Below are positions 33,727 to 42,534 of a DNA stretch of 64,000 nucleotides, piece after piece. The notes below the pieces were generated by a model. The model saw only the letters and a program-made list of their open reading frames with translations, was not told where the DNA came from and ran no database searches. Source of the stretch: Methanomassiliicoccaceae archaeon (GTDB lineage: Archaea; Thermoplasmatota; Thermoplasmata; Methanomassiliicoccales; Methanomethylophilaceae); the NCBI GenBank assembly GCA_003555025.1, contig PWHV01000011.1, positions 12,101 to 76,100 on the forward strand. The letters run 5' to 3'. Made by a program: the position numbers and the translations under genes. Position 1 is the first letter of the stretch. Each line of letters starts with the position of its first letter.

Positions 33727-34157
33727 TGGGTTCCTCCTCGGACGGAATGTTCGCCGTCTCGTGAAGAAAATCCGCTATATCTTTATTAAATAATACAGTA
33801 TGGATGGATGATAGAACCATGTTGAACAGGTATACATACAATCAAAATAGTTTTTCCTTTTAAATACTGAACGAGTGATAACAGTTATTTACAACAGAGA
33901 TGGTAGATGATAGGCCTATAAACGAAAAACGCATATATACATCATATAAATAATTTATCTTAGGCGCAAACAATAGTTAACATGACCCTCCCGACTATAA
34001 GCCGTTAATAACAAAACACTTGGTAAACATATATATAAAATAAATATAATATTATCAGAACTCCCCTATTATTAATACCCTCATGCAGAATCCTCTGTCC
34101 GGTGAGGGTGCGGCCAAAGGAGCGACCATCGACCGCAACACGGGAAAAGGTGAGCAA
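33727..34157. other. AT-rich intergenic island with divergent promoters
   Basis: Strikingly A/T-dominated sequence in a GC-rich genome. It contains several TATA-like runs (tttaataaagatata on the minus strand near 33775-33795; atatataaaataaatataatatt near 34030-34055). No credible ORF is present. Confidence 0.7.
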
Positions 34158-34457
34158 ATGGACCTTGAACAGTTCGAGATAGACCTGAACGCCAGGTGCG
34201 TCTGCGGATGCATGGAGGGCGGCAGGTTCCACAAGATCTACCGCTTCGACAACGGCTACGGGGCGTCAGTTGTCGGCAATCCTCGCATGGAGGGCTTCGA
34301 CTCCGACGGCTACCAGGTGATGTTCCTAAAATTCACGGGTGACGAGTACAGCGTGGAGGAGCCTCCCGGCATGGGATCGAAGACAGTGAACGTGGGTTCA
34401 TGGGAGGATGCCCTGCGGCTCCTTATGCGCCTCTCCGAGCTGGACGAACAAACATGA
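34158..34457 (+). CDS. hypothetical protein
   Basis: 99-aa ORF, MDLEQFEIDLNARCVCGC..., with a GGAAAAGGTGAG RBS. The upstream track codons lie in the AT-rich/G-rich leader. No family recognised. Confidence 0.5.
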   Translation: MDLEQFEIDLNARCVCGCMEGGRFHKIYRFDNGYGASVVGNPRMEGFDSDGYQVMFLKFTGDEYSVEEPPGMGSKTVNVGSWEDALRLLMRLSELDEQT

Positions 34458-34484
34458 AATAACCGTCTGCGCCATTAATGGTCG

Positions 34485-35543
34485 ATGGCGGAGAGGCACG
34501 ACGTCCTGGTGGTGGGGGCCGGCCCCGCCGGTCTCTCGGCGACCCTTTTCCTCAGGCTGTCGGGGCGGGATCTGGACGTGCTCGCCCTCGACCGCCTCCA
34601 GGGAGAGCGCAGGTCGAGATACCATCGGATATGCGGTGGAGGCGTCAGCCGCCGGGCCTTCCGGGGTCTGGACCCCATCGAGCCATGGGGCGCCATGGAG
34701 GAGATATCGCGCGCTCTGCTGCGCTGGCCCGGCGGTGTGGAGACTGAACAGACGATCGACGGCCATATCATCGACCGCCCCCGTTTCCTCGATGAGCTAG
34801 CCGTCCGCTGTCGCGAGGAGGGCGCTATGTTGGAGAGGGGGTCGGTGGTCTCCGTGGTTCCGGACGGTGACGGCTATCGCGCCCGTCTCTACGACGGCAG
34901 CGAGCTCCGCGCCCGCCACATAATCGGCGCTGACGGGGCCCTCTCCGTGGTGCGGCGCGACCTCTTCGGCACCCGGCCTTGGCGGATCATGGCCGCGGAG
35001 AGGTATCTGGTGGAGGGAGACGCGGAGCCGGGCACCCTCGTTTTCCATATGGAGCAGCGCTACCGCGGCGGGTATCGCTGGGAGTTCCCCTGCGGCGGAC
35101 TGGTAAACACCGGTTTCCCCCGAGGGACGGACAGCGTTGAGGAGTACCTGGACCGTGGATGCCGTCACATCCCCTTCGGCGGTGTGGGGCCGGTGGTAGA
35201 AGGCGATGCCCTCCTCGTCGGCGACGCCGCCGCCCAGGCCAACCCTGTCAGCTACGGGGGCATAAGGGCGGCGCTGCAGGCGGGCCGCCAGGCGGCTTCC
35301 GCGGTGGCCGCCGGAAAGCCGGACCTTTACCGGAGATGGTGGGAGAGGTCGCGACTCTCCTCGCCGTGGTACCTAAAGGCCCATGAGGCCATGTCCTCAT
35401 GGAGCGATGAGGACATGCGGGCCGCCGCCGCGCCCTTCCAAGGGAGGTCCAGGGCGCTGCCCCTCCTGCGCCGCCTCATCGAGGCGCCGCGGGATTACCA
35501 TATGTACGTGGCCTACGGCATGGCCCTCCGCGACAGCTGGTGA
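34485..35543 (+). CDS. FAD-dependent oxidoreductase, geranylgeranyl-reductase-like
   Basis: HDVLVVGAGPAGLSA dinucleotide fold and LVGDAAAQANPVSYGGI (GD motif), about 350 aa. Confidence 0.75.
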   Translation: MAERHDVLVVGAGPAGLSATLFLRLSGRDLDVLALDRLQGERRSRYHRICGGGVSRRAFRGLDPIEPWGAMEEISRALLRWPGGVETEQTIDGHIIDRPRFLDELAVRCREEGAMLERGSVVSVVPDGDGYRARLYDGSELRARHIIGADGALSVVRRDLFGTRPWRIMAAERYLVEGDAEPGTLVFHMEQRYRGGYRWEFPCGGLVNTGFPRGTDSVEEYLDRGCRHIPFGGVGPVVEGDALLVGDAAAQANPVSYGGIRAALQAGRQAASAVAAGKPDLYRRWWERSRLSSPWYLKAHEAMSSWSDEDMRAAAAPFQGRSRALPLLRRLIEAPRDYHMYVAYGMALRDSW

Positions 35544-35583
35544 CCTCTGCAAAACACAAATACCCCCCGGGGCATCACCAAGC

Positions 35584-35916
35584 ATGCCCATCCTGCGAAA
35601 GCGCTCGCCGGTGCTGTCCAAACAGACGGTAAGAATCGGGGAGCTGGACCTATCCCTCCCCGGCGGCTACGACAACGTCAAGACCTTCCCTCTCAAGGTG
35701 CGCAAGGGCCGCGGCCTCACCGTCAAGGTGGAATCCGACGCCCCGGTGGACATGGCGGTCTCCGGCCCCGACGGACGGGTCCTGGATTTCAAGGAGGGCA
35801 TCAGCGACGGGATACTGGGTCCCATACCATTCACCGAGACCTGCACCGCAGCCCTCCTTCTGGGGGTCTACCGCGGCGACAGGGCGGAGTTGGAGATCGA
35901 GGCCTGGCAGGAATGA
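35584..35916 (+). CDS. hypothetical small protein (predicted all-beta)
   Basis: 110-aa ORF, MPILRKRSPVLSKQTVRIGELDLSLPGGYDNVKTFPL..., with normal composition. No family recognised. Confidence 0.45.
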   Translation: MPILRKRSPVLSKQTVRIGELDLSLPGGYDNVKTFPLKVRKGRGLTVKVESDAPVDMAVSGPDGRVLDFKEGISDGILGPIPFTETCTAALLLGVYRGDRAELEIEAWQE

Positions 35917-35957
35917 GTGAAAATATTGTATAGTCACGGCGTGGATGTGGATTACGG

Positions 35958-37052
35958 ATGAGATTGGAGGCGTTGGCCGGCAGGAGGAGAAGGCGCAAAC
36001 TGGACCTGAGCAGCGATTACGACACAGCCCTGCTGCGGCTCTTCGTGCTGTCATTGCTGGTCTGTGTGGTGGCATCGGTGATCACCCTGGTCGCCGGCTT
36101 GGTGGAAAGCTTCGTGCTCACCATGCCCATAATCTCGTTCGCCCTGGTGGTCGTGGGGCTGGTATCGTTTGCCGACCGTTTCAGATGGTACTACGCGCTG
36201 CTGCTGCTGGCCGTGGTCGCGGCCCTCTACGTCTACGGCGCCCCCTTGATCCTCATCCTCTTCATAGTATACGCGGTCCTGGGCGGCTTCGGGGTGGTGG
36301 CGGTGATCGTCACGCTGCAGAGGAGGATGTTCTACCGCACCCTGGCCCGGATAGAGGGCATAAGCCTGAGGGAGGAGCTGGATCCCAAGGACAAGATCCT
36401 GATGTTCATCTTCAACATACCGGACGACCTCAACACTGCCGATCTGGTTATGGAACACAACATGAGCCGCGACCACGTCCCCCTGGACGAGACCCTGCGC
36501 ACCATGGGATTGGGATTCTTCCTGGGCATCGCCCTGTGGATATTCATAAGCCTCAACCCCTCCCTGGTGCAGGCCTACCCGCTGGAGTATATCCTGTTGC
36601 TGATGTTCCTCATAACCCTCTACATCCCGTTCATGGTGCTGCCGTGGTCCATCTTCCGCTCCTTGGACGTGAGGATCAAAGGCCCTTACCAAGACATGCG
36701 CCTGTACAAGGGCGCGGTGGCCACATTCAAGAAGATCGCCATGCCCATCATCCCCATATCACTGTACACCGTGGGCGCGGCGAGGATGATGGGCTTGGAG
36801 ACCCTGGCGGGATTCATCGGCATGGCGGTCCTCTTCAACATCGCCATAATGGCCAGCACGTCCATAGTCTATTTCGCCCTCTATGAGCGGGACCTCATCG
36901 AGGACGTCGTGTCGCGGTGGAGGGACTTCCGCCCCACCCCTCTGCTGGTGGAGGTGATGCAACAGGAGGGGGAGGAGGTCAAGAAGGTGCCGGCGACGCC
37001 CCAGAGGCGATACGAGCTCGACGACCTGCCCGAGGTCAACCAGATCCGCTGA
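35958..37052 (+). CDS. multi-pass membrane protein, unknown function
   Basis: 364 aa with at least 7 hydrophobic segments and a soluble acidic C-terminus. Confidence 0.6.
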   Translation: MRLEALAGRRRRRKLDLSSDYDTALLRLFVLSLLVCVVASVITLVAGLVESFVLTMPIISFALVVVGLVSFADRFRWYYALLLLAVVAALYVYGAPLILILFIVYAVLGGFGVVAVIVTLQRRMFYRTLARIEGISLREELDPKDKILMFIFNIPDDLNTADLVMEHNMSRDHVPLDETLRTMGLGFFLGIALWIFISLNPSLVQAYPLEYILLLMFLITLYIPFMVLPWSIFRSLDVRIKGPYQDMRLYKGAVATFKKIAMPIIPISLYTVGAARMMGLETLAGFIGMAVLFNIAIMASTSIVYFALYERDLIEDVVSRWRDFRPTPLLVEVMQQEGEEVKKVPATPQRRYELDDLPEVNQIR

Positions 37053-37488
37053 TCCTTCGCAGCATCCGCGGCTCGCCGATGCCCCATTCGTCCTTCTTCA
37101 GGGCCAGCACGGTCAGCAGACCGCTGGAGAAGAACAGCACCGACGCCCCCACGGCCATGTTGTCGATGAACACGTAACCGCCCATGTAGAGGGCCGCCGC
37201 GCATCCCGCCATGGTGGCGTAGTACTGGTGCACCTGCGGCATCCATAGGCCGAAACGGTCGCCGTAGTAGTAGACGATGAAAACCGCTATGGCGGAGACT
37301 AAAAGAGATGGAACGAAGAACGTAGAGCCCAGCACCTCCATCATGGCATGGTACCTCTCGCCGGAGGGGTCCCGAATCATACGCGAGAACACCCCGGACA
37401 TTATGACGGAGAAAGAGGCCCCCATCCATTTCTCCACTGAGGGGTAGGACCTCCTCAGCTCCGCCAAAGGCTTGTCCTCCATGTGCAT
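37036..37488 (-). CDS. membrane protein, unknown function
   Basis: 150 aa with four hydrophobic segments. Convergent with the previous gene and overlapping it by 17 nt. Confidence 0.5.
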   Translation of the reverse strand: MHMEDKPLAELRRSYPSVEKWMGASFSVIMSGVFSRMIRDPSGERYHAMMEVLGSTFFVPSLLVSAIAVFIVYYYGDRFGLWMPQVHQYYATMAGCAAALYMGGYVFIDNMAVGASVLFFSSGLLTVLALKKDEWGIGEPRMLRRISGSG

Positions 37489-37560
37489 CCCGCGATATCA
37501 TCCGTTACAGGCGATATAACGTTTCTCCCTCAACTTTCGGGACGCCCTCCCCCACTCGCG

Positions 37561-37568
37561 TTATAATA
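37561..37568 (+). promoter_or_regulatory. TATA box for the PolB2-type operon
   Basis: ttataata lies 30-37 nt upstream of ATG 37598, suggesting a leaderless or very short leader. Confidence 0.45.
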
Positions 37569-37597
37569 CCACGCAGACGAACTGCCCTTCTCCGGAC

Positions 37598-38206
37598 ATG
37601 AGAGCGAGAAGGCGAGCACGAGCATCCGCGAACCCCCTGCGCGGGACGACGGCGGCGGAGGCCCTCCAGGCCGAAGGATTCCGGCCTGGTGAGCTGACGC
37701 TCCTGCTGGGGCCCCGCTCGGAGTCCTCGGCGGTGCTGCACGCTTGCTGCGCCGAGGCCGCCTGCCGGGGGCAGGGGGCGGTGTGGGTGGACGGGGGCAA
37801 CGCCCTCGATACACTGGCGCTCTCGCGCCGCTGCCGCGCCCTGCGCTGCGGCACCCGCGAGGCCCTGGACCGCGTCAACGTGGCACGGGCGTTCACCGCC
37901 TACCAGCTGCAGGCCATCATCGGAGAGAGGCTGGAGGCCAAGGTCCTCGAGGCCTCCCCGTCCCTGGTGCTGGTGGCGTCTCTGGACGAGCTGTTCGGGG
38001 ACCAGGACGTCGACCGCCGCGAGGCCCGCCACCTGATGCGGGCGTCGCTGGAGGACCTGAGGTCTATGGCGGTAAGGACGGGCGCAGCGGTGCTGGTGTC
38101 CGCCTCTGCAGAGGGCGTTCCGCCCTCTGAGGCCGCCCTCGCCCACCGGGTGCTGAGCGCTGGCAAGCTCGCCGGGCCCGCTTCGGTCCGGCGCGGGGGT
38201 GTCTGA
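37598..38206 (+). CDS. RadA/RadB-like RecA-superfamily protein with degenerate Walker A (predicted inactive)
   Basis: RadB-like layout. GELTLLLGPRSESSAVL sits where GPPGSGKT is expected, and LVLVASLDELF at the Walker B position. About 200 aa. Confidence 0.65.
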   Translation: MRARRRARASANPLRGTTAAEALQAEGFRPGELTLLLGPRSESSAVLHACCAEAACRGQGAVWVDGGNALDTLALSRRCRALRCGTREALDRVNVARAFTAYQLQAIIGERLEAKVLEASPSLVLVASLDELFGDQDVDRREARHLMRASLEDLRSMAVRTGAAVLVSASAEGVPPSEAALAHRVLSAGKLAGPASVRRGGV

Positions 38207-38207
38207 G

Positions 38208-38450
38208 ATGGGCCGCACCTCGCCCACCTACCGCCGCGCGTCGGAGCGCGTCATCCAGGAATGGAGGGGGTTCCGCCGCGCCCTCGGCCCGGAGGACCGG
38301 GAAGCCTTCGACCGCCTGCTGGAGCACGTGCGCGACCACGCCGCCGCCGGCAGCAGCTGCGACTCCCCCGACCCGGTGGAGAGCATGCTGATATCGATGC
38401 TGCTGGAGCACGAGAAGGAGCTTAGACGGCTGAGGCGGGATGAGGGGTGA
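38208..38450 (+). CDS. small alpha-helical hypothetical protein of the PolB2-type operon
   Basis: 80 aa (83 from GTG 38199), wedged between the RadA-like and polB genes. The stop overlaps the polB GTG start. Confidence 0.55.
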   Translation: MGRTSPTYRRASERVIQEWRGFRRALGPEDREAFDRLLEHVRDHAAAGSSCDSPDPVESMLISMLLEHEKELRRLRRDEG

Positions 38451-40627
38451 GGGGATGGATCACCGACTGCCACCCCAGCGACGACGGCCGCGGTGTGGTG
38501 GTATGGATACGTGGCTCCGAGGGGCACCTGCGCCTCGGCTTCCCGCTCCGGCCCTCGTTCTTCGTCTCCGGCGAGGGCCTGGCGTCTCTGTCCCGCGACC
38601 TGGAGGGCTGCGGGGCGACGACCGAGATGCGCCAGGCCCGAACCCGGCTTGGCGGCCCGCGGGAGGACGTCCTCATGGTCAGCGTGGAAGGCTTCCAGAC
38701 CATGGCCCGCCTGGCGAGGGCGGTGGACCGTTGGGGCGGACACCGCGCCTACGAGCTCTACAACGTGGACCTCTCCCCGGCTCAGCGTTTCATGCTCCCG
38801 CGCGGCCTCTTCCCCTTCGGCCTGGTGGAGCATGACGGCCCCCTCCGTGCCATTGATTCGCCGCAGCGCATCAACTACCCGGTCCCGCCGTTGCTCTCCC
38901 TTCGCCTGGAGATCTCCACGGGAACCCCCTTCGACCCGTTGCCTGGAGAGGAGATACGCTCCCTGTCGTTGGACGGCGAGGCCCTGGAGGGCGACGAGGA
39001 GGGGATGCTCCGTCGTCTCTCCGAAGAGCTGGAGCGGAGGGACCCCGACGTGCTGCTGGTGGACAGGGGGGACAAAGGCAGGACCGCCCACCTCCTCGAG
39101 CGCGCCGAGCATCTAGGTCTGGGCCTGGCGCTGGGCAGGGACCGGGGCGTGAGGGCCGGAGGGTCCAAGAGCTACCACAGCTACGGGACGACGGTTTACA
39201 AGCCCCCCGCCCTCAAGCTCAACGGCAGGATCCATCTCGACACCTCCTCGTTCATGCACTCCGAGGGCGGACTGCCGGGGCTGATCGAGCTGTCGCGCCT
39301 CAGCGGCATACCCTTGCAGGACCTCTCTCGCCTGTCGCCCGGAAGCGCCATAAGCGCCATGCAGTCGGACCATGCCCTGAAAGGGGGCCACCTGCTGCGC
39401 TGGAAGAAGAACATGCCCGAGGACTTCAAGACCCTGTCCCACCTGGTGGCCTGCGACCGCGGCGGCATGATACACCAGCCCCGGCCGGGGGTGCACGAGG
39501 ATGTGGTCGGCATGGACTTCTCCTCCATGTACCCTTCCATAATCTCCCGGTTCAACATATCCCCTGAGACCCTGGAGTGCGCCTGTTGCCCGCGGTCAGA
39601 GGCGATCGTCCCCGGTATCGGCCACCGCATATGCCAGAGCCGCCGCGGGCTGTTGCCGGAGGTCATCGGCCCGGTGGTGGAGAGACGGAGGGCCCTGAAG
39701 GCCATGGCCCGCCGCGACCCCCTGCGGGCGGAGTCCTGCCGCCAGCGCTCATCGCTTCTCAAATGGATACTGGTGACCTGCTTCGGTTACACCGGCTACC
39801 GCAACGCCCGCTTCGGCCGCATAGAGTGCCACGAGGCCATAACCGCCTACGGCCGGGAGATAATGTTGCGGGCCTCGGAGATGGCGGCTGCCATGGGCTT
39901 CAAGGTGCTGCACGGGATAGTGGACTCGCTCTGGCTGCAGGGCGGAGGCGATCCGGACAGCTTCGCGGCGGCGGTGATGGAAGAGCACGGCATCCCTCTG
40001 GAGACTGAGGGACGCTACCGCTGGATCGTGTTCCTGCCCAACCTGCACAACGGCGCCGGGGCCCTCAACCGTTATTACGGTCTTTTCGAGGACGGGGAGA
40101 TCAAGATGAGAGGCATCGCCGCCCGCAAGCGGGACTGCGTTCCCATGGTTCGCGATTTCCAGGTCGATGCCTTGGAGATCCTCTCCGAAGCCGACGGCCG
40201 CGAGGGGATGGAGGGGCGGCTGCCGCAGGTCATATCCCTGCTGAACGAGAAGGTCGAGGATCTGCGCCATGGCGCCGCCGGCGCCGAGGACCTCACCGTG
40301 CTGCGCCGCATCTCCCGTCCGCTGGGAGCTTACAGGCAGTTCAACGACGGCCGCGCCGCCGCCGAGCTGATGGCCGCGCACGGCCACGAGCCGCGGCCGG
40401 GGCAGTCGGTGGCCTACATCGTCAGGGACTCGTCGGCCAAGGCCGCCGCCGAGAGGGTGGCGATACCATGGCTGTGGGACGGCGTCTACGATGCCGAAAG
40501 GTACGCCGAGATGCTGCTGCGCGCCGCCGAGGAGATACTGGTCCCGCTGGGGTGGGACCGTGAGCGCCTGCGGCGGGTCACAGGAGGCCAGTCAGGAAGG
40601 GCTGCGCACCAGTGTAGAATAGCATGA
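38447..40627 (+). CDS. polB: family B DNA polymerase, divergent (PolB2-like), exonuclease motifs degenerate
   Basis: Motif A DFSSMYPSII, motif B KWILVTCFGYTGY, motif C region HGIVDSLWL (DTD replaced by IVD). The Exo I position reads LRLEIS instead of FDIET. 726 aa. Confidence 0.85.
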   Translation: MRGWITDCHPSDDGRGVVVWIRGSEGHLRLGFPLRPSFFVSGEGLASLSRDLEGCGATTEMRQARTRLGGPREDVLMVSVEGFQTMARLARAVDRWGGHRAYELYNVDLSPAQRFMLPRGLFPFGLVEHDGPLRAIDSPQRINYPVPPLLSLRLEISTGTPFDPLPGEEIRSLSLDGEALEGDEEGMLRRLSEELERRDPDVLLVDRGDKGRTAHLLERAEHLGLGLALGRDRGVRAGGSKSYHSYGTTVYKPPALKLNGRIHLDTSSFMHSEGGLPGLIELSRLSGIPLQDLSRLSPGSAISAMQSDHALKGGHLLRWKKNMPEDFKTLSHLVACDRGGMIHQPRPGVHEDVVGMDFSSMYPSIISRFNISPETLECACCPRSEAIVPGIGHRICQSRRGLLPEVIGPVVERRRALKAMARRDPLRAESCRQRSSLLKWILVTCFGYTGYRNARFGRIECHEAITAYGREIMLRASEMAAAMGFKVLHGIVDSLWLQGGGDPDSFAAAVMEEHGIPLETEGRYRWIVFLPNLHNGAGALNRYYGLFEDGEIKMRGIAARKRDCVPMVRDFQVDALEILSEADGREGMEGRLPQVISLLNEKVEDLRHGAAGAEDLTVLRRISRPLGAYRQFNDGRAAAELMAAHGHEPRPGQSVAYIVRDSSAKAAAERVAIPWLWDGVYDAERYAEMLLRAAEEILVPLGWDRERLRRVTGGQSGRAAHQCRIA

Positions 40628-41885
40628 CCGGCAGCAGCAGCGACCCGGTCAGATGGACGCGGCCCACCCCCGCCGCCGAGGGCAGGAGGCCGAGGCAGGT
40701 CCCCGCCACCAGCATCAGCAGCCCCCCCGGCCCGCTGACCGCCAGCACCAGTACGCAGAGGAACAGGGCGATGGCCAGGTTCAATCGCCATAGGTCCCTT
40801 CCCTGGAGGGCGCGGGCGAAGAACGCCCCCGCCCTGACGGTGAGGAGATAACCGAGCACCGCAGATGCCAGCACGCAGAGCAGCAGCAGGGCGAAATGTG
40901 GGTTGTCCAGGCCTCGCAGGCCATCGCCCATCACGTCCGAGACCACCAGCATTGTCCCCGTCCTCCCCCGTCCGGCCACTGACAGGGTGACCAGAGCGAA
41001 GACCGTGGCCGCGGTCCCCACCGATGATACCATGGCGATGAACCTCTCCGGGGTCCTCTCCGGGGACCCCAAAGAGGCCACCACCGTTCCGGCGGTCGAG
41101 GTCACACCCGGCAACCATCCCACCGCCAGACCGGCCACCAGGCCCCGTAGCGCCGGGCCGCTGTCCACCGTCGGCAGCGCGGAGCCGGTCTGCACCGGCA
41201 CCCCTCCGGCGCCCAATGATATGAGCAGGGCAGGCATGCCGAAGAGGCCGGCGAGCATCGGCAGCATCAGGCCCCCGGCCTGCACCATGCCGGCGGAGGC
41301 GGGCATGGACCCGAACATCGTCACCGTCCCCAGGACCCCCGAGGCGAGACAGAGTGAAACGGCCCACGCCCTCTTGCGCGGGGCGGAGTCCCCACGCTCG
41401 GAGAGGATCATGAGCAGGAGGCAGGCGGGAAGCATGAAAGGTATGTGCCTCTGCAGCGTCTCCCAGCCCCCTGACTCCATCGCCAGGTGCACGGGTAGCG
41501 CCAGGACCACCGCCGCCGCCGCCCCCACCAGGCTTCCTTGGGCTGAGCACGCCACCGCCTCCGCGCCCTTCCCTCCCATCAGCATCCTGTGCCCTGGAAG
41601 GACGCTCAGGACGTCCTCCTCGCCGGGCGACCCGAGGAAGACCGAGGGCACGAAGTCCATGAAAGAGTGCACCACCGAGGCCGATACCACCGCCGCCGCC
41701 ACCATGACTGGCAGCATGGAAGGGCATACGGCGGAGGACAGCAACGACGCGAGAACGGGATAGCCAGCGAGGAGCAGCGCTGCCAAGGTGTTGACGTGTA
41801 TCCCGGGGACGAGGCCGCTCACGCTGCCTATCAGCGAGCCGAAGAGCATCATGTAGGCGACGAGGAGCAGGGATCCGGGGTCCAC
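40578..41885 (-). CDS. TctA-family (DUF112) tripartite tricarboxylate transporter-like permease
   Basis: 435-aa polytopic membrane protein. GLVPGIHVNT near the N-terminus is typical of DUF112/TctA. Confidence 0.7.
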   Translation of the reverse strand: MDPGSLLLVAYMMLFGSLIGSVSGLVPGIHVNTLAALLLAGYPVLASLLSSAVCPSMLPVMVAAAVVSASVVHSFMDFVPSVFLGSPGEEDVLSVLPGHRMLMGGKGAEAVACSAQGSLVGAAAAVVLALPVHLAMESGGWETLQRHIPFMLPACLLLMILSERGDSAPRKRAWAVSLCLASGVLGTVTMFGSMPASAGMVQAGGLMLPMLAGLFGMPALLISLGAGGVPVQTGSALPTVDSGPALRGLVAGLAVGWLPGVTSTAGTVVASLGSPERTPERFIAMVSSVGTAATVFALVTLSVAGRGRTGTMLVVSDVMGDGLRGLDNPHFALLLLCVLASAVLGYLLTVRAGAFFARALQGRDLWRLNLAIALFLCVLVLAVSGPGGLLMLVAGTCLGLLPSAAGVGRVHLTGSLLLPVMLFYTGAQPFLTGLL

Positions 41886-41938
41886 CTGGCTGCATCGCGC
41901 CGGCGGAGAAAAACGGGGACCGCTGCATCCAGTCTAAT

Positions 41939-42499
41939 TCATTCGTAGTAGACCGTGCGCCCTTCGACCACGTCCACCTTGAGAAGCGTCTTTATGTCGA
42001 CGCCGATGTCCTCCTCGATCTCCTTCTTCTTGTCGGTCTTCTCGAAGACCATGACGATGTCGGCCACCTCCGCCCCCACCTTGTGCTTCAGGGCATGCAC
42101 CAGCGCCCTCAGGGTGCCGCCGGTGCTGAGCACATCGTCCACTATGACCACCCTCTCTCCCTGCTTGATTCCGTTGATGTACATGTCGGAGCTGGAGTAT
42201 CCGGTGGCCTGGGCGATGTTCACCTCCCCGTCCAGGCCGTAGCCTCTCTTGCGCACGATGCTGTAAGGTATGCCCAGCTGCAGGGATATGGGAACGGCAA
42301 GGTGTATGCCCATCGCCTCGGGGGCGATGATGCGGTCGCAGCGGAAGTCCCCTACCTCCAGCATCCGGGCCACGACCTCCAGGAGCAGGTCGGGGTCCAT
42401 CTCCGGTATGCCGTCCGTGATGGGATGGACGAAGTACTGATAGTCTCCGATGCCCACCACCGGGCATTCCTCTACGCTCCTCTTCAACCTGTCCAGCAT
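41939..42499 (-). CDS. hpt: hypoxanthine/guanine phosphoribosyltransferase (archaeal type)
   Basis: VVIVDDVLSTGGTL PRPP-binding motif, 186 aa. Adjacent to adenine deaminase. Confidence 0.85.
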   Translation of the reverse strand: MLDRLKRSVEECPVVGIGDYQYFVHPITDGIPEMDPDLLLEVVARMLEVGDFRCDRIIAPEAMGIHLAVPISLQLGIPYSIVRKRGYGLDGEVNIAQATGYSSSDMYINGIKQGERVVIVDDVLSTGGTLRALVHALKHKVGAEVADIVMVFEKTDKKKEIEEDIGVDIKTLLKVDVVEGRTVYYE

Positions 42500-42534
42500 G
42501 CACTGGTTAAGGTGATGTTACGGATAAAAGGTTT

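Noticed and set aside
33727-34157. The AT-rich island as a replication origin
   Set aside because: No orc1/cdc6 gene is adjacent, and I could not find repeated ORB-like elements flanking an unwinding region. It is kept only as an unexplained AT-rich regulatory region.
40578-40627. Convergent 3' overlaps (polB/TctA 50 nt; also kinase 2/DUF1638 19 nt, tyrS/DHH 21 nt, 35958-gene/37036-gene 17 nt) as a special regulatory feature
   Set aside because: Short convergent overlaps are common in compact GC-rich archaeal genomes. No extra structure was seen.
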